The notes under the pieces are model-generated. The model made no database searches. It worked only from the letters and a program-made list of their open reading frames with translations, and had not been told where the DNA came from. DNA of 59,257 nt, counting the filler, from Streblomastix strix (lineage: Eukaryota), in NCBI GenBank assembly GCA_008636045.1. It is 2 parts of 2 records of this genome, joined end to end, with 100 filler letters (N's around TTAATTAATTAA, not from the genome) between each part and the next. Parts side by side here need not be neighbours in the genome. Positions count along the whole stretch, not along the records: positions 1 to 29,585 come from SNRW01000099.1; 1 more part is not named here. The stretch is one strand, 5' to 3'. A program made the position numbers and the translations under genes. Shown here piece after piece: positions 1 to 29,685 of the stretch (the first letter of the stretch is position 1; each line of letters begins with the position of its first letter).

Positions 1-17469
<17,469 letters not shown>

Positions 17470-17647
17470 CTTGTTTACGGAGTTAAAAATTTTAAAATGT
17501 ATTTTAATTTTTTCTCTTCGCTCTACAATTTAATTTGGACCAAATTATAGTTTTATATTTATATTTATTATTATTATTGATAATAAAGCCAAATTATTTA
17601 GATGTAAATGAATTCCTATAATTTTTGAAATAAAAATAAATACATAC
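17470..17647. promoter_or_regulatory. Short bidirectional promoter region between the ATR-like and surface-protein genes
   Basis: 178 bp between divergent ATGs. Contains the palindrome TAATTTGG-A-CCAAATTA (17531-17547) and GCCAAATT (17588-17595). Confidence 0.5.
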
Positions 17648-20600
17648 ATGGCGTTAGCTTTTTTCGCTCTAATATCAATAGTTTATGCACAAAATATTTA
17701 TATTGAAGAATTTATTTAAATGGAAATAGATCATACAATTACATTTGGTGTCTAATTCGCAAATTTCTAAATTTTAGAAAATTTTGAGGCAACATATGGA
17801 TTTAAACTAACAGATTGTTTTCAGAAACAAATAAATATATAATCTGAATTTGATACCTAAAATACAATAATATCTGCAAGTAAGACGCCACTATTTCACT
17901 GGGTTTGTAATAACCTCGGTTTGCGAGGGCTTCATCTCTACGACAAATCTGGAAATGGGCTTATTGATATAGCAAATGGATCTCTATAAATACTTTAATC
18001 GTTTCTACACGGATCTCGAACACCTTCCATTTCACTAGTCCGATGTTTTAATAGTCTAAATGTGGAGATTGGAGATTCCTAAAACGCTGGTGAAATTGAT
18101 GTGAGCATATAGGATTCAATTCTGAAATAAAAAAGTTCAAGTCTGTTATTAATTGATTGTGAGAACATCAGAATACATAAAGCATCATTTGTATCATTAT
18201 CAAGCAATGCAAATTCACAATTTTAAATAAACAATTATTGTCCATGTCTTAACATATACGCTACTACTTCAACACACATATTAGTATAAAACTGTATATT
18301 TTAGAATTGCACGTATTCTGGTAGAGATTTAATGAGTGGGGCAGTATATATTCAATTCAGTGGAGATTAATAAGTAAATTCAAATACATCAATAGTGATT
18401 AAATAATCTACTTTTATTCAGAATAGAGGGGTTGGAGCAGGTGCAATTGCTTTCAGAAACAAAGCAGTATAAACAGTAAAGATTGAGAACTGTGACTTCA
18501 ATGATAATTCCTATTAACAAGTTAAATGGTATGGATCAAGTGGAATATTTGTATTCAATAATTTAGGAAATGTTTTATCTTCATCTTCATTTAGAACCTG
18601 CTTTCGTCCTTCTTAATCAGTGGATAACATATATAATAATAATTAATAACCATTTTATGCAGTTCTCTGTAGTGATGATACACTTCATTATCTCAATCCA
18701 CATAATCCAATGAAATATTATGTATCATAATAAGGAATAGATAGTTAGTACTAAGATGGATCACAGATTAATCCTTTTGCTTCTATAAATTATGCAGTTA
18801 ATAGACTGTCAGGAATTGTATAGAGTATTACTTTACTTGATTAATTTTGTTCTTTAAATGATAAAGTGATTCATTCAAATGGAGGAAATCTAACAATACA
18901 ATCCGACTTGTACTTTAATGCTGAATTATTTAATAATGTTTTTAATTAATAATATGCATTTGAAATTGAAAATGGATAAGTTATAATTAAGCATTTCAAG
19001 ATCACACAAGGATATTAAAGTATATTAAGCAAAGAAACATCTGTTCTATTTCTAATTAAAGGAGGATACCTATAATTGTATAATTGTACACTGACATCAA
19101 ATGGGGGAGAAGGGAAATATATTTATGGTTCATTTATTGAAGGAAGAATTGGTATTGGATTAATTATTGATAATTGTATCTTTATGAATACTTACTTCTC
19201 TAATAAATGTCATGCATTGATGCTTGAAAGTCCATAAGTTGTATAAATCATATAAAGTAAATTCATTAATCTATAAATATATTCCAGTGGAGATGACTCG
19301 GGTACTGTTTTAATTCATATTGGACAAAATACATAAAATATTATTATTACTCAATGTACATTCAATAAATGCATATGTGGATCAGATTAAATGAATAAAA
19401 CATCTGGAGCTCTCTTCTTATATATTATTTCTAAGGATTGGAATGGTATCATTGATTTATCTAATTCATCATTCATTGATAATAAAGGAACTGAATCTGG
19501 AGGAATATTCATCAAACATAATTAAGAGTATAGTAGAATATACTAAAGATTAAAACTTGATAATTAATATTTCTTTGGTAATAACATTGATGGTAGATCT
19601 CCAACAGCACATATAGATATTAATTCAAATATAGATCTATCTTCTTTATTTAATTCAAAAGGTAGTATATATGGTAAAGAAATAGAAGTAGATAAAGATA
19701 GTGCAGTTGATGATGATGAGCCATTCACTTTGATTAAAGGATAGACATATTCCAATTCACTTCATTTCCATTCTATTAATGCAGCTATGAAGTTCACAAA
19801 TAGATTTATAGGATGGTAGAATCAATTAACAATTACTTCAGGTAATCATATAGAGAGTGTTAATTTAATATCAGAATAGAATCATTCTTTTAAAGGAAGA
19901 AAATATTTAGAAGATTCTGAACAAGCAAATCTTTATAGTTTTGGGATATAGCCAATATTCTCATTAAGTACTGGTATTCTGAATCTAAAATGGCTTACAC
20001 TAACTAAATCTCAATTAAATGATACACCAATATTAATTAGAATTGAAAATGGGAATCTGCAATTATTTGAATGTTAGTTTATTGGAGTCAAATCAAAATA
20101 AGATAAAAGTTCTTTCATTCAAATAGGAGATAAAATAGCAGATGTTAATAATGTAGATATTTTGAGATGTTCATTCAGTGAAGGATAGTTTGGAAAGGAC
20201 TCCGGAGCTGTATCAATAATTGGTTTTGGAAGAATGTGGATTGAAGGTTCATAGTTTATTGGTAATGAAACAGTGTAGATGGGATCGTTCATTAAGGTGA
20301 TCAATAACAATGACACTAATATTGTTAATTGCATATTTAAGGATTCTTCATTCTCATAGAGTACTGACAGTGCTATCAGTATATAAGATATAAATAATCA
20401 TCTAAGCATCATACTCTGCACATTCACTAACTTAAGGAGCAATAACATCCAAACTCCTGCTATTTCATGTATCTAAAGAATTAATTCAAGTATAATCACT
20501 CTTTAATTCAATTCATTCATAAGATGCGGAGGTGGTAGAGTAGATTCTGGTGCAATAAGTGTAATATGTGATGAATTTATTCATTTCACTTCACTACATA

Positions 20601-23600
20601 TTAATTCATGTATATTTCACAAGAATACAGGAATGCTTTCTGGAGCTGTTTATATTGATTCATTTAATTATCTTAACTCATATATTCAATTTAAAGGAAA
20701 TTTATTAAGATAGAATATTGCAAATTCATTAATAGCAAATGATATTTATGTTAAGAATGAGAATAATATGATATTTGAAAATAATATTGGAAATAGATCT
20801 TCAGGTAATATTATTATAGGGAATGGAGATAAATCATAAGAAATATATGGGTATTAATAATTATATAAAAGTAGAGAGCAAGTTCATGTCAGAAAGGAAG
20901 GTCTTAATGCAGATGAATAAGATATATTAATATATGGAGTTGGTTTGGGAATATTTGAACATCCCCTCAGAACATTGGATTACGCAGTTAATTGTAGAGA
21001 TATATCATAGAAGCTTGATATTATATTATATAGATAGAGATATGATGTATAAAACACACTTTATATTCTAGATGATAGAATATCAATACATGATACTGAT
21101 ATATGTGGTAGTCTATATCATAATTAAGATTCCATACAGAGTAATATATTTTCTAAGAATAATCTTCCTTATCTTTTCTTAGTAATTTCTGGTTTATTAG
21201 AACTTGGTGGTATATAAATAACTTGGAATAGCGAGTATCAGTAGAAAGGTAACATATAATGCAATGGTGGATTTGTATATATTGGAGATGAAGGATCTTT
21301 TGAAGCAAACAGTCTCACAATTAATCTTTATGGCAATATTCCTCAATTAATATAAGCAACAAATAATCCTAAAGTAATAAAGATTAACAATAATTACATC
21401 AATAATTATTGTGTATGGAATAATAATTCAATAACAGCCAATATAATCAATATATATATAACTGCTTGGAGCAGTGTTGATATATCACAGACAACTTTTT
21501 ATCAGTTAATTTTATAATAAAAAATAAGAGCTATATATATTACAATCTAAAGAAATTATTCACCATAAATAAGAATAGATAAATGTAATTTCTACAACTT
21601 TGAATAAGAGAATACATCAATAGCAATGATTATTGGATCCAATATCAATCCATCTCTAACATTTATTTAATGTAATCACAATTAATAATCTTTTAATTAA
21701 CAACTTTTATTATCTGGATAAAGATTATAATAATAATATGATGGATTACTAACATCTATATCAGATTATCAGAATATAATTGGAGATATTAATTAAATCA
21801 ATTAACATTTATATACAGTTAATATTGTAACTAATTCTAAAGTAGGGTTTGTAGGTAGTCAATATGTTGAACAATAGAATCCATACTCATACATTGCAGC
21901 TGGATAAGGAGGGCATATATAAATGTGGGGAATAACATTTATCCAATTGAGTAATGGAGAAAGTATTATTAAATCATTATCACCCGATTCAATAATTTCT
22001 CTTAATAATATTAAATTTCAGCATCTTTCTGTTGAAAATGAATATTCTGAAGTTAAGGAATTGTAATATATTTAAATGAGGAATGAGATAAATGATCTTA
22101 ATTCAAGGTATAATTACTTATAGAATTCTAATAATATATTATAGGAGCTACAAAGAATAAGAAACACTCGGTCTATTTAATAACCTTTCATTACAATAGA
22201 AAACGGATATTCAATAGAATTAAATGATATTATATTTAATCAAGGTATAATTACAAGTACTGATACTCCTCTTATTAAATCAATAGGCTAATTAAAGGAA
22301 GCGATATTTAATAGCATCAATATAACTAAAATAGGAAGAAGATATGGAGGTCCTTTTATTCTATCTATTAACATGAGAGATGATGGATTAGTATAATTGA
22401 ATAATATTAGTATTAATGGAAGTGGTTTAATATTTGAGAAAGAAAGATAATTCAGTTATAATCCATATATTTCATAGTAAGAATTGAATCTTCAATATTA
22501 ATATTTATGTGACAATAATGAATCAGAATATTTAAAATCATTTGAATAATAAGATTCAGATATTGATGATGAATTACATATTGAATATCCTTATTATTGT
22601 TAATGGAGTCATTCTGCAATTGAAATTAATGGAGGAAGATTAAATATAAGTGAGTCGATCTTTATTGGATTGGGAATTGATGGAGCTTTGAGATTATAGA
22701 ATGTTGATGCAAATATTGAGAATACAACAATATTTAGAAGAAATAATATATATTTAGCTGCCTTAGATAATAAAAAAGAATATATACCTGATTAATACAT
22801 TAATTCTAAAGATAATAATGCTAATACTTAAATAGATGAAACAGATTAAAGAATATATTTATTAAGAAGATACAGAAGTTATACGAAGAATATATAGATT
22901 TATGGTAATTCAATACTAAGAGCCTACAATTCAAGCTTTAAATCTAAAAATAATGGAAAACAATTAACCAATAAAAATAATGATTATGAAGATTATTAAT
23001 TAAATATTTAATATGAATCAAGTGTTGCATTTGATGGAGATATATTATAAGCAATATTTCCATTTGTACCAATATCATTGACATTAGTATCTACTAAATA
23101 TACAAATACACCAATTATATATAGATCAGATGGTAGAAATGAAAGATAGGTATAAATAGAAATAAAAGGGAATGGATTCATTCCTTGTGTTGAATTGTTC
23201 TTAGAACTAAGAAACATTAAAGAAAACAATTAATCTTAGATTTTATACCATTATTCTTTACTACATAATAATGTTTGGAATTAGAATAAAACAAAACCAA
23301 TAATGTATTCATCTGTTAATTCAAATATCAATAATATGAATTAGAATAAAGGATAACCTAATAGTTATGTATCAGAAGTACTTGGAGGAGGAATACATGT
23401 TTAATGGATAAGTGAGAATGCATTCATTATAAAAATAATGCATATACAGTAGATAGCAAAAGAAGATGAAGAGATAATTGGTTAGAATTAAGATAGTGAT
23501 GACTTTATTAAAGATTGGGAAATGAGGATTGGAGTTGAATATCATCGTCTACTGGATGGACAAAGAAGATTGTACGATTGTGCAACACCATTTGTGCCAA

Positions 23601-23843
23601 TGAATTGGATTTTGAAAAAATAGGTGTATGGTATGCTGTCTTATATTCAATATCATTTATTATATTCAATTTCGTATATTATCAATTTAATAAGGGTGGC
23701 TAATTGCTATAGTTGTGATACTTTCTGTTCTTTTTTCTTCCTCTGTAGTATTTACAATTATAGCAGTTGTTTATCGTACAAAAAAATCTCGAAAAGACAT
23801 GCGGGACGAAGAAGCGTAGTCACAAGTTTCCGATTGGCATTGA
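17648..23843 (+). CDS. Large type I membrane/surface protein (~2,043 aa) with pectin-lyase-like beta-helix repeats; one intron, 23631-23694
   Basis: Signal peptide MALAFFALISIVYAQ. Repeated F.NC.F..N / SGAV / GAI motifs. No in-frame TGA found over 6 kb. GTATGC...TAAG 64-nt intron, then TM helix WLIAIVVILSVLFSSSVVFTIIAVVY, a basic tail and TGA at 23841-23843. Confidence 0.85.
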
Positions 23844-23971
23844 TTTTATATTGTTAAATACATTAATTTTCACTATTTTTTATTCACATGTATAATATTT
23901 CTAACAACACTGAATCATTTAAACTACTTATCCAAACAATAATTTATTTTCTTGATTTCTGTTAATAGATA

Positions 23972-25636
23972 ATGAGTGAAACGCCGGAGGGAACATTATA
24001 GATTCCACAAGAGCCATTTACTATTCCTCATTAAAATTCAGATGAAGATAGAACCGATAGCGAGAAAAAAGCGTAGGAAACAAATATAAGAAATGAAACT
24101 CCGTTTTTCTCGATGCCTGCTAATGTTGCGTAAAACTAGATTGTATAAACGCCATAACCATCACCTGCTGCAAATTCGCCCTATTTTGCAATACCACCAA
24201 GTCAGTCTTAACCTTTTAACAAGTTAACCCCTCTGAACACTGAATAAGATGAAAAAACCGAATTTGGAGCCAATGAAGGAAAATAGAATACAACTCATCT
24301 TTAGGATTTACTTAAACAACCATAGTTTGCTTCATTACCTGTATTACCGAAGAGAAATAGCCCCTTATTTGCCCTATATGGATGCACGCATAATATTCCT
24401 TTAGAATAAAAGGTGATTGAACCAGTTGAAGAGCCTTTGTAAGGGAAAGAAAAAAAGAAAGCAGATAAGAAGAAATCAAAAGATATTCCACGCTACTCAT
24501 AGTATGCATCATTATCACCCAATGTAGATCTAGAATTGAAGACAGGCAATGGAGTAATGCCTCATACAACTCTTATACATGCGTATAAGAAGATACTATG
24601 TCCAGAGTTCTTTACTCAAAGGCTTATTGTATCTGATACATTTGATATTGTTATTCCTGATTGGGAGCCAATAGGGACAGTATTTGGAGAAGAAAGAAAA
24701 GAAGAAGTTGAATAGAAAGAAAAAGAGATCAATTAAACTGAATAATAATAATAATAATAATCTCCATATATTTCTGATCTTATTCCTGATAAGAGAGATT
24801 TGGATCTTTGGGGAGAAGGATTGAAGTATCTTTCAGGTGGTATCATAACTCCAAATGCAAATACAGAAGTATCATAATAATCATCTTCATCATCATCATC
24901 ATCATCTGATATACCAATACCCCATCAGTAATTGATACCATCTGCGCATCGATTCAGAAGATTTGTTACATTCATTGCCAGAGTCAAGATAATTGGAGGA
25001 AGTAGAAGGAATGTCAAATGTAGGGAGACTCATGTACTAACTGTATTCTCTCCTTAATATATGGTATTAGACACAAGGATGGATACATTTGAAGCTCCTT
25101 TATGCGAGAGATATTGCACAATGTCTAGATTTAGATTCATTGAAGAGAATATGACCAATAATGGACCATAATTGAAGGAAGATGAAGATATCTGGAATAG
25201 AGACATTCCTGTCCAAGTTAGAATAGACGTTTCATTCCAAACAGTGATGCTTAAGTCATTTATTTTCAGAGCTATACTAGTAGCTATCAGTAATGGTAAA
25301 GGTAAAGCTGGTTAGAAGGAGTTAGTTGGACATATGGAAAGGGCTGGACTTGCAGGAGATGGGGAAGAAGTTGATGCAGGAACTGGGTTTGGGGAAGATG
25401 GTAATTCAATAGCTGTGGATTCAAAGCTCAGTTTTGTATTTGGCAAAGAGGATAAGAAGGAAAAAGAAGAATTGAAAGATGAATCAAAAGAGAAGAAATA
25501 GAACTAAAAAGATAAAAGTAAGGTTCCTGAGAAGAAAGTTGGACCTAGAAGAGTTGAATACTATTAGATACCTCCTGGTCCTATGATTCTCACAAAAGAA
25601 TCACTATTGAATCAACTCAGTCATAGAAAGGATTGA
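23972..25636 (+). CDS. VASt (StARkin, Lam/Ltc/GRAMD1-like) domain protein, 554 aa
   Basis: Open frame from MSETPEGTLQ to TGA 25634-25636. The segment RRFVTFIARVKIIGGSRRNVKCRETHVLTVFSPQYMVLDTRMDTFEAPLCERYCTMSRFRF...VRIDVSFQTVMLKSFIFRAILVAI follows the VASt pattern (cf. dvPygd.F.v..ry, .v...v.f.k...k..Ie). Confidence 0.6.
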
Positions 25637-25892
25637 AAATACTCATTTTGTGATATTGAATGTAAATACTTAAATATTTAGATATATACTTTTATACTTC
25701 ATGTCAGATAACAGACATTAGTTACACTATTAAATTTGTATAAAGTAGTTATGTGTCATAATTTCAATAAATAGTATAGTTTTTAATAACTCTGGTTGCA
25801 CTGTTTATTTATGAAATGCATTGCACACAGTGTTTGCTTCTTGTTCTGGAACATTAAGGCAAATATCATGGATTGATTTTAGATTGATTCAT

Positions 25893-26506
25893 TCAGAGAG
25901 ATGCAATAATACTCGTTACAAATCCAGTAACAACAAAAACAGTTCCAATTTTCCTGAATTAAAACATATGCAAGTGAACAATAATAATTGTAAAAAGAAT
26001 AAATTAAAATCATACGAATAGATTCCAGTAAATGATATCAGCCACTAAAACACAAGGAACAGTCCCAAGTAAACACCAGTAAGCTTAGAGAGCGCAAAGA
26101 GAATTGCTTCTTTCTTCAGATATAGACTATCTTTGTTAGGGTCTTTCCCTTAGTTCTTGTTCTGGTACTTTGCTACAGCTATACTGTAACTGTATGTGAG
26201 TGCAGCTGCACCAATAAGGAGAACAGCTGGGACAAGCACGAAAAATTGCTACACATAAATTTCCATCACAAAGTGCAAATAATCTAGTACGATTAGACAA
26301 ATATGAAAAAAAAGTATCATTTAAATCAGTCTAAAAAAGTCTCTGAGCAAACAAAGTGGAACTAGTTATACAAAAAGAGCTACAGCAGCCATAACAACCC
26401 AATCTGCAATGGAAATTTTTTCAATGCGAGCTTGCGCACTGAATTATTCGAGTATTCGTGTATCCTCTTCATCTCGTGTTTCCCTTGAGTTCACCTTTTT
26501 CGGCAT
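25893..26506 (-). CDS. SSR3: Translocon-associated protein gamma subunit (TRAP-gamma/SSR3-like), ~160 aa; introns 26284-26352 and 25954-26015
   Basis: MPKKVNSRETRDEEDTRILEQFSAQ resembles SSR3 EEDLLLQDFSR. Four hydrophobic segments, with AALTYSYSIA and KKEAILFALSKLTGVYLGLFLVF matching the SSR3 layout. GT-AG introns give a coherent spliced protein. Stop TGA at 25895-25893. Confidence 0.7.
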
Positions 26507-27254
26507 CCTATTGATTGCTGTATAAATAAATAAAACATATTAGAAAAATAAAAATAATAAGCAACGCTTCATGGGATTGTATATAATTCTTATTTTATGT
26601 AAAAAAAAATTAAATCCTACATTTCAGTGCTAAGAGATGGTTATAAAATAAAAAATTTATAATTAAATATTTTTTTAGTATAACTATATAAAAATAAACA
26701 CATTTTCTATTAAAAAAGCTAGAGGCACAAACAATCCAAGTTCTAAATCCCCTGAATTCGTAGCCAGTCTACTATTAAGATATTGTTTCATAATTTTGAG
26801 TAATTACAATTGTAAATTGAAAATAAATTTAAAGGTTGATAGAATATCTCTCAATAGTGGTTAATTTGCAGCAAACTCTTTGTTCTAATTGATTTCATGT
26901 TACATATTAGTATAAGTATACATTTTTTAATCTGATATTTTCATTTATATTATATATTAATCAAGAAAATAAGTGCAGAACAAAAAATTTAATTTTTAAT
27001 TTCTTATTAATTAATTATTAAATATTACTGAATTTTTCAATGATTATTTAATAAAATTGTTTGATTATTATTTTTACTAATATACCACAAAATATTATGT
27101 TAAATCCAACTAATTTATGTCGATTTTAGCTCGGAAATCTTTTACAATATTTTTTTTTCATGAAATTAGCCACTGCTCATGATGCAGGATGTTTAGCTCG
27201 GTTTCCTATAATAATTTATTATTATTTATAATTTGTAAATTTTTCAGTTAAACA

Positions 27255-27981
27255 ATGGTTGTTCTTGCATTGTTGCTGGCCATATCATATTTACAAGGGA
27301 TAAAGTTCGAACTGCGCGGGAAGAATTTTCGGTGCATTTCAGAGGATCTTGATCCATACATGTTTGTCTAGGGGAATGTTAGTATCGCTCCAGTAGGAAG
27401 ATCTGTAAAATTAGATGTATAAATGACAAAAATTTATTGAATATTAATCTTTTTTCCCCCTCTATATGTAGATCAAAAGGCCTGATGGAAAATTGCTTTC
27501 TACGAAACCCAAAGTTGAGAAAGAAGAATTCAACTTCACAACAGATGCTGGAGGAGACTATAAAATATGCTTCCAGCCAATATCAATTAAATAAACTGTT
27601 AATGGTGTGAAATATACATAATATTATTTTATTTATTTAATCCAACATTCGTTAATTCAAGGAACTGATCAGGATCTTCCAACAATTGTTGAATTTAAAC
27701 TAAAAGTCGGTGCAGCAGGAGTTGACTTTATAAAGGATGAAAATAAGACTGAAAAAGAGCATATTGCAAACAACATCCATTCAATGAACAAAGTGAGTAA
27801 GCAGATACTCCAGGACATCACTGCAATTAGGTCTCGTGAATCTGCTATAAACAAGAAGATTGAGAACAATGGGAGTTTCCTCCGCTTTGTATCCATTGTA
27901 TCAATTGTCCTGATAGTGGCTGTTGCTATTGCAGAGATCTTATATCTCAACAAGTTCTTCATTTTACAAAAAGTTGCATGA
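27255..27981 (+). CDS. p24/emp24/gp25L (TMED) GOLD-domain cargo receptor; introns 27417-27471 and 27605-27661
   Basis: Signal peptide, FELRGKNFRCISEDL, FNFTTDAGGDYKICF (GOLD cysteines), coiled coil with RSRE, TM helix and tail YLNKFFILQKVA*. Confidence 0.9.
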
Positions 27982-28254
27982 CGAGGGAAATAAATAATTT
28001 AAGGACTAAATTTGATGTTTTCAATATTTTTCTATATATAATTAGTATAACTAGAGTTGTACAATGTATAAAAATGAATATGTGTATTGAAATATTAAAA
28101 CACTCTGAATAATATAAATAATCAAATAAAACTATAAATGAAGAGATTTGACACAATAAGGGAAGAAGTTACTAGTGCGTATATGTATTATATATATATT
28201 ATATATATGATTATTTGTGATTATAACTCATTCCCATTTATATTCAATCACTTC

Positions 28255-29354
28255 TCATAGATCAGCCCACCTCTATGACTTATCATCCAAGTCATCCCCC
28301 TCTGCCCAGGGTGCTGGTGCAAAATCTGATTAAGTAATCATTGATTATTAAATATAGAGTATTATAAAAATATAAAGAATGAATTTATATGAGAAATTAA
28401 ATAATTAGTAATCATTGATTATTAAATATAGAGTATTATAAAATATAAATAATGAATTTATATGAGAAATTAAATAATTAGTAATCATTGATTATTAAAT
28501 ATAGAGTATTATAAAAATATATAAATAATGAATTTATATGAGAAATTAAATATCAATACCTCCTTCATCATTTTGTGTGGGTTTAGATGATGGTGAAGAA
28601 GAAGAAGAAGATTATGTTTATTCAGATTATGTTTATGTTTATACTATTTATCCTGGTGTTGCTTATGCAGATGATGTTTATTCTGAAGTATTTGATTAAG
28701 AAGATGTCTAAACTTGAGATGTTTATGATTCTTAAGTAAGAGGAGATTGTTGTCTTCTATTTCCATCTTATTCATTGAAACTTCCACTTCTTCCATAATC
28801 TCTTCTGTCAGTATATGCACTATTCACTCTTCTATCCTATTAATATCTATCCTATTAATATCTATCCTATTAATATCTATCCTATTATCTATCTTTATCA
28901 CCATATCTTCCAATATATTCATTCCTTCCCCAATCATTAGATGACCAATCTGCACTTCTATGGGACCAATCATTATTAGATTACCATCTATCTTGTCCAT
29001 ATTAACCTCTTCTTCCCCATTAATTCTATTATCCTTATTATCCTTATCTAAATCCCTATTAATTACTATTAGTTGATATAAATGGTGGAGATTGAATTGG
29101 TTATGGATCTTATTATTATTATTATTATCTTTAATAATCCTTTCTTTAATATATTCCTATTTTAATTTCTTATTCTTTCTCTTTCCCTTATTCTTTCTCT
29201 TTCTCATTCTCTTATTAAGATTATATTGATTATCCTTATCTATCTGCAAATCCTTATAATCTATTCCCTCCATGAGTATATGTAGTCAATTAGAATGATG
29301 TACCTTATTCTCTTTATTATTCTCTACCAAACTATCTCCTGTCTCCATATCCTC
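28255..29354 (-). CDS. C-terminal part of a low-complexity RG/DRY/Q-rich protein (possibly RNA-binding, eIF4B-like composition); intron 28326-28559; 5' part lost at the gap
   Basis: Open frame GGYGDRRQFGRE...[17 protein letters not shown]...(YQQDR)n...[23 protein letters not shown]. An acceptor TACTAATAAAG at ~29365-29355 precedes the exon. Confidence 0.65.
28333..28551. repeat. Intronic minisatellite, 3 copies of a ~73-bp unit
   Basis: AGTAATCATTGATTATTAAATATAGAGTATTATAAAA...GAATTTATATGAGAAATTAAAT starts at ~28333, ~28407 and ~28480. Confidence 0.9.
28831..28887 (-). repeat. 15-bp coding tandem repeat (YQQDR)x~4
   Basis: TCTATCCTATTAATA repeated on +. Confidence 0.85.
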
Positions 29355-29363
29355 CTTTATTAG

Positions 29364-29585
<222 letters not shown>

Positions 29586-29685
29586 NNNNNNNNNNNNNNN
29601 NNNNNNNNNNNNNNNNNNNNNNNNNNNNNTTAATTAATTAANNNNNNNNNNNNNNNNNNNNNNNNNNNNNNNNNNNNNNNNNNNN
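29586..29685. other. Artificial gap/contig-join spacer N44-TTAATTAATTAA-N44
   Basis: Exactly 100 nt with symmetric N runs and a central six-frame standard stop linker. Confidence 0.95.

Noticed and set aside
28333..28551. Direct repeats as a possible CRISPR array
   Set aside because: Head-to-tail units without unique spacers, intronic, in a eukaryotic context with no cas genes.
29630..29641. TTAATTAATTAA palindrome and any gene linkage across it
   Set aside because: It is an artificial linker inside N runs, so adjacency of the two halves cannot be assumed.
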